Notes under the pieces: generated by a model
Told to the model about the DNA's origin: nothing
Seen by the model: only the letters and a program-made list of their open reading frames with translations
Database searches by the model: none
Assembly: GCF_006345805.1 (NCBI RefSeq)
Contig: NC_043015.1
Coordinates: 33,542,001 to 33,606,000 of the forward strand
From: Octopus sinensis
Taxonomy: Eukaryota
DNA: 64,000 nt
Direction: 5' to 3'
Shown here: in pieces, positions 63,266 to 64,000 of the stretch
Numbering within the stretch: position 1 is the first letter of the stretch
Layout of the letters: every line of letters begins with the position of its first letter
Position numbers and translations under genes: made by a program

Positions 63266-64000
63266 CTTACTGATATATATGGTGCACAAGACTATACAAT
63301 ATCATTTGTGTATAATGAATAGGGAGTTAACAGGGTTGTTGTTAATTTAGCTGGAAGATGTTACCAGCCAGGGTGGGGAGTACCGAGGAGAGAGAGAAAG
63401 AGAAAAGAAAAAACCATTGAGGCGCTATTAATTAAAGGGAAGTTTCATGTAAGACAGGTACGTTAACGAACAGGTAACAAAAAGGCCTGGAATTATGTAG
63501 TGCCTAACGATGGTCAAATTAGTTAAACTAAAGCTGTAACATCTGAAGCGGGAGGAAGAAAGGGGAACTGAAAAAGAAGAAAGACTGATAAATGAAATAG
63601 CGCTTACGAGTTTCCATTAATGAGAAATGTGGAAGAAAGAAAAAAGAGTGGAAATAACCAATAAGTATAAACTAAATGACTAATTTAGAAATGGGTGGGG
63701 TTTTTTTGCTTTTATCTCTTTTAAAGTGCTACAACATGGCCTCAGTAGTGACCAAAACAAATAACAGAATAAAAAGAAAACTGATGAGGTGTACGGCAAA
63801 ATAAAATGACCAAAGAGGCAAAGTAGTGAGTTGTTTATTTATATGTTGACCATTCAAAACCATCCTAAGTGTATTGCTGTTGTTTAGGCACAGGACAACT
63901 CTACGGCCAAAGATGTTCCAAATAGTCACATCCTGTCTTTTATACATACATACAGCACAGACTATGTTTAAGATGGTCAACTGCAATGTCTGCAACATGT

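Noticed and set aside
313-63998. Most ORFs in the six-frame track (YI/HT/CV/LS/VVV-rich)
   Set aside because: They are translations of (TA)n, (CA)n, (GA)n and trinucleotide microsatellites, or of SINE and LINE UTRs; many start at non-ATG codons.

Overview
AT-rich, repeat-dense eukaryotic DNA with no long intact ORF, rRNA, CRISPR array or operon. The repeat families (RTE LINE 3' ends with (ATG)n tails, several tRNA-derived SINE families, mariner remnants, TTAA- and hAT-type MITEs, dense (TA)n/(CA)n microsatellites) match my recollection of Octopus genomes; the organism call is inference. The window most likely lies within large introns of a gene: a few short, splice-site-bounded, frame-open exon candidates exist (best 2190-2260 and 23965-24097, + strand), and RTE copies are strongly biased to the - strand. 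Almost all ORFs in the supplied track are microsatellite or repeat artefacts. Protein-like signal is limited to decayed mariner transposases and RTE and CR1-like LINE fragments. Most notable: a repeated tRNA-Thr-like Pol III unit with its own terminator and a non-canonical anticodon arm (32012-32083, 33686-33748); a pre-miRNA-sized hairpin (33257-33334); RTE 3' UTRs that each grew a different minisatellite; several fold-back repeat pairs that could form dsRNA; and a near-identical 805-bp tandem duplication that may be an assembly artefact. Boundaries of decayed repeats are approximate, read by eye.
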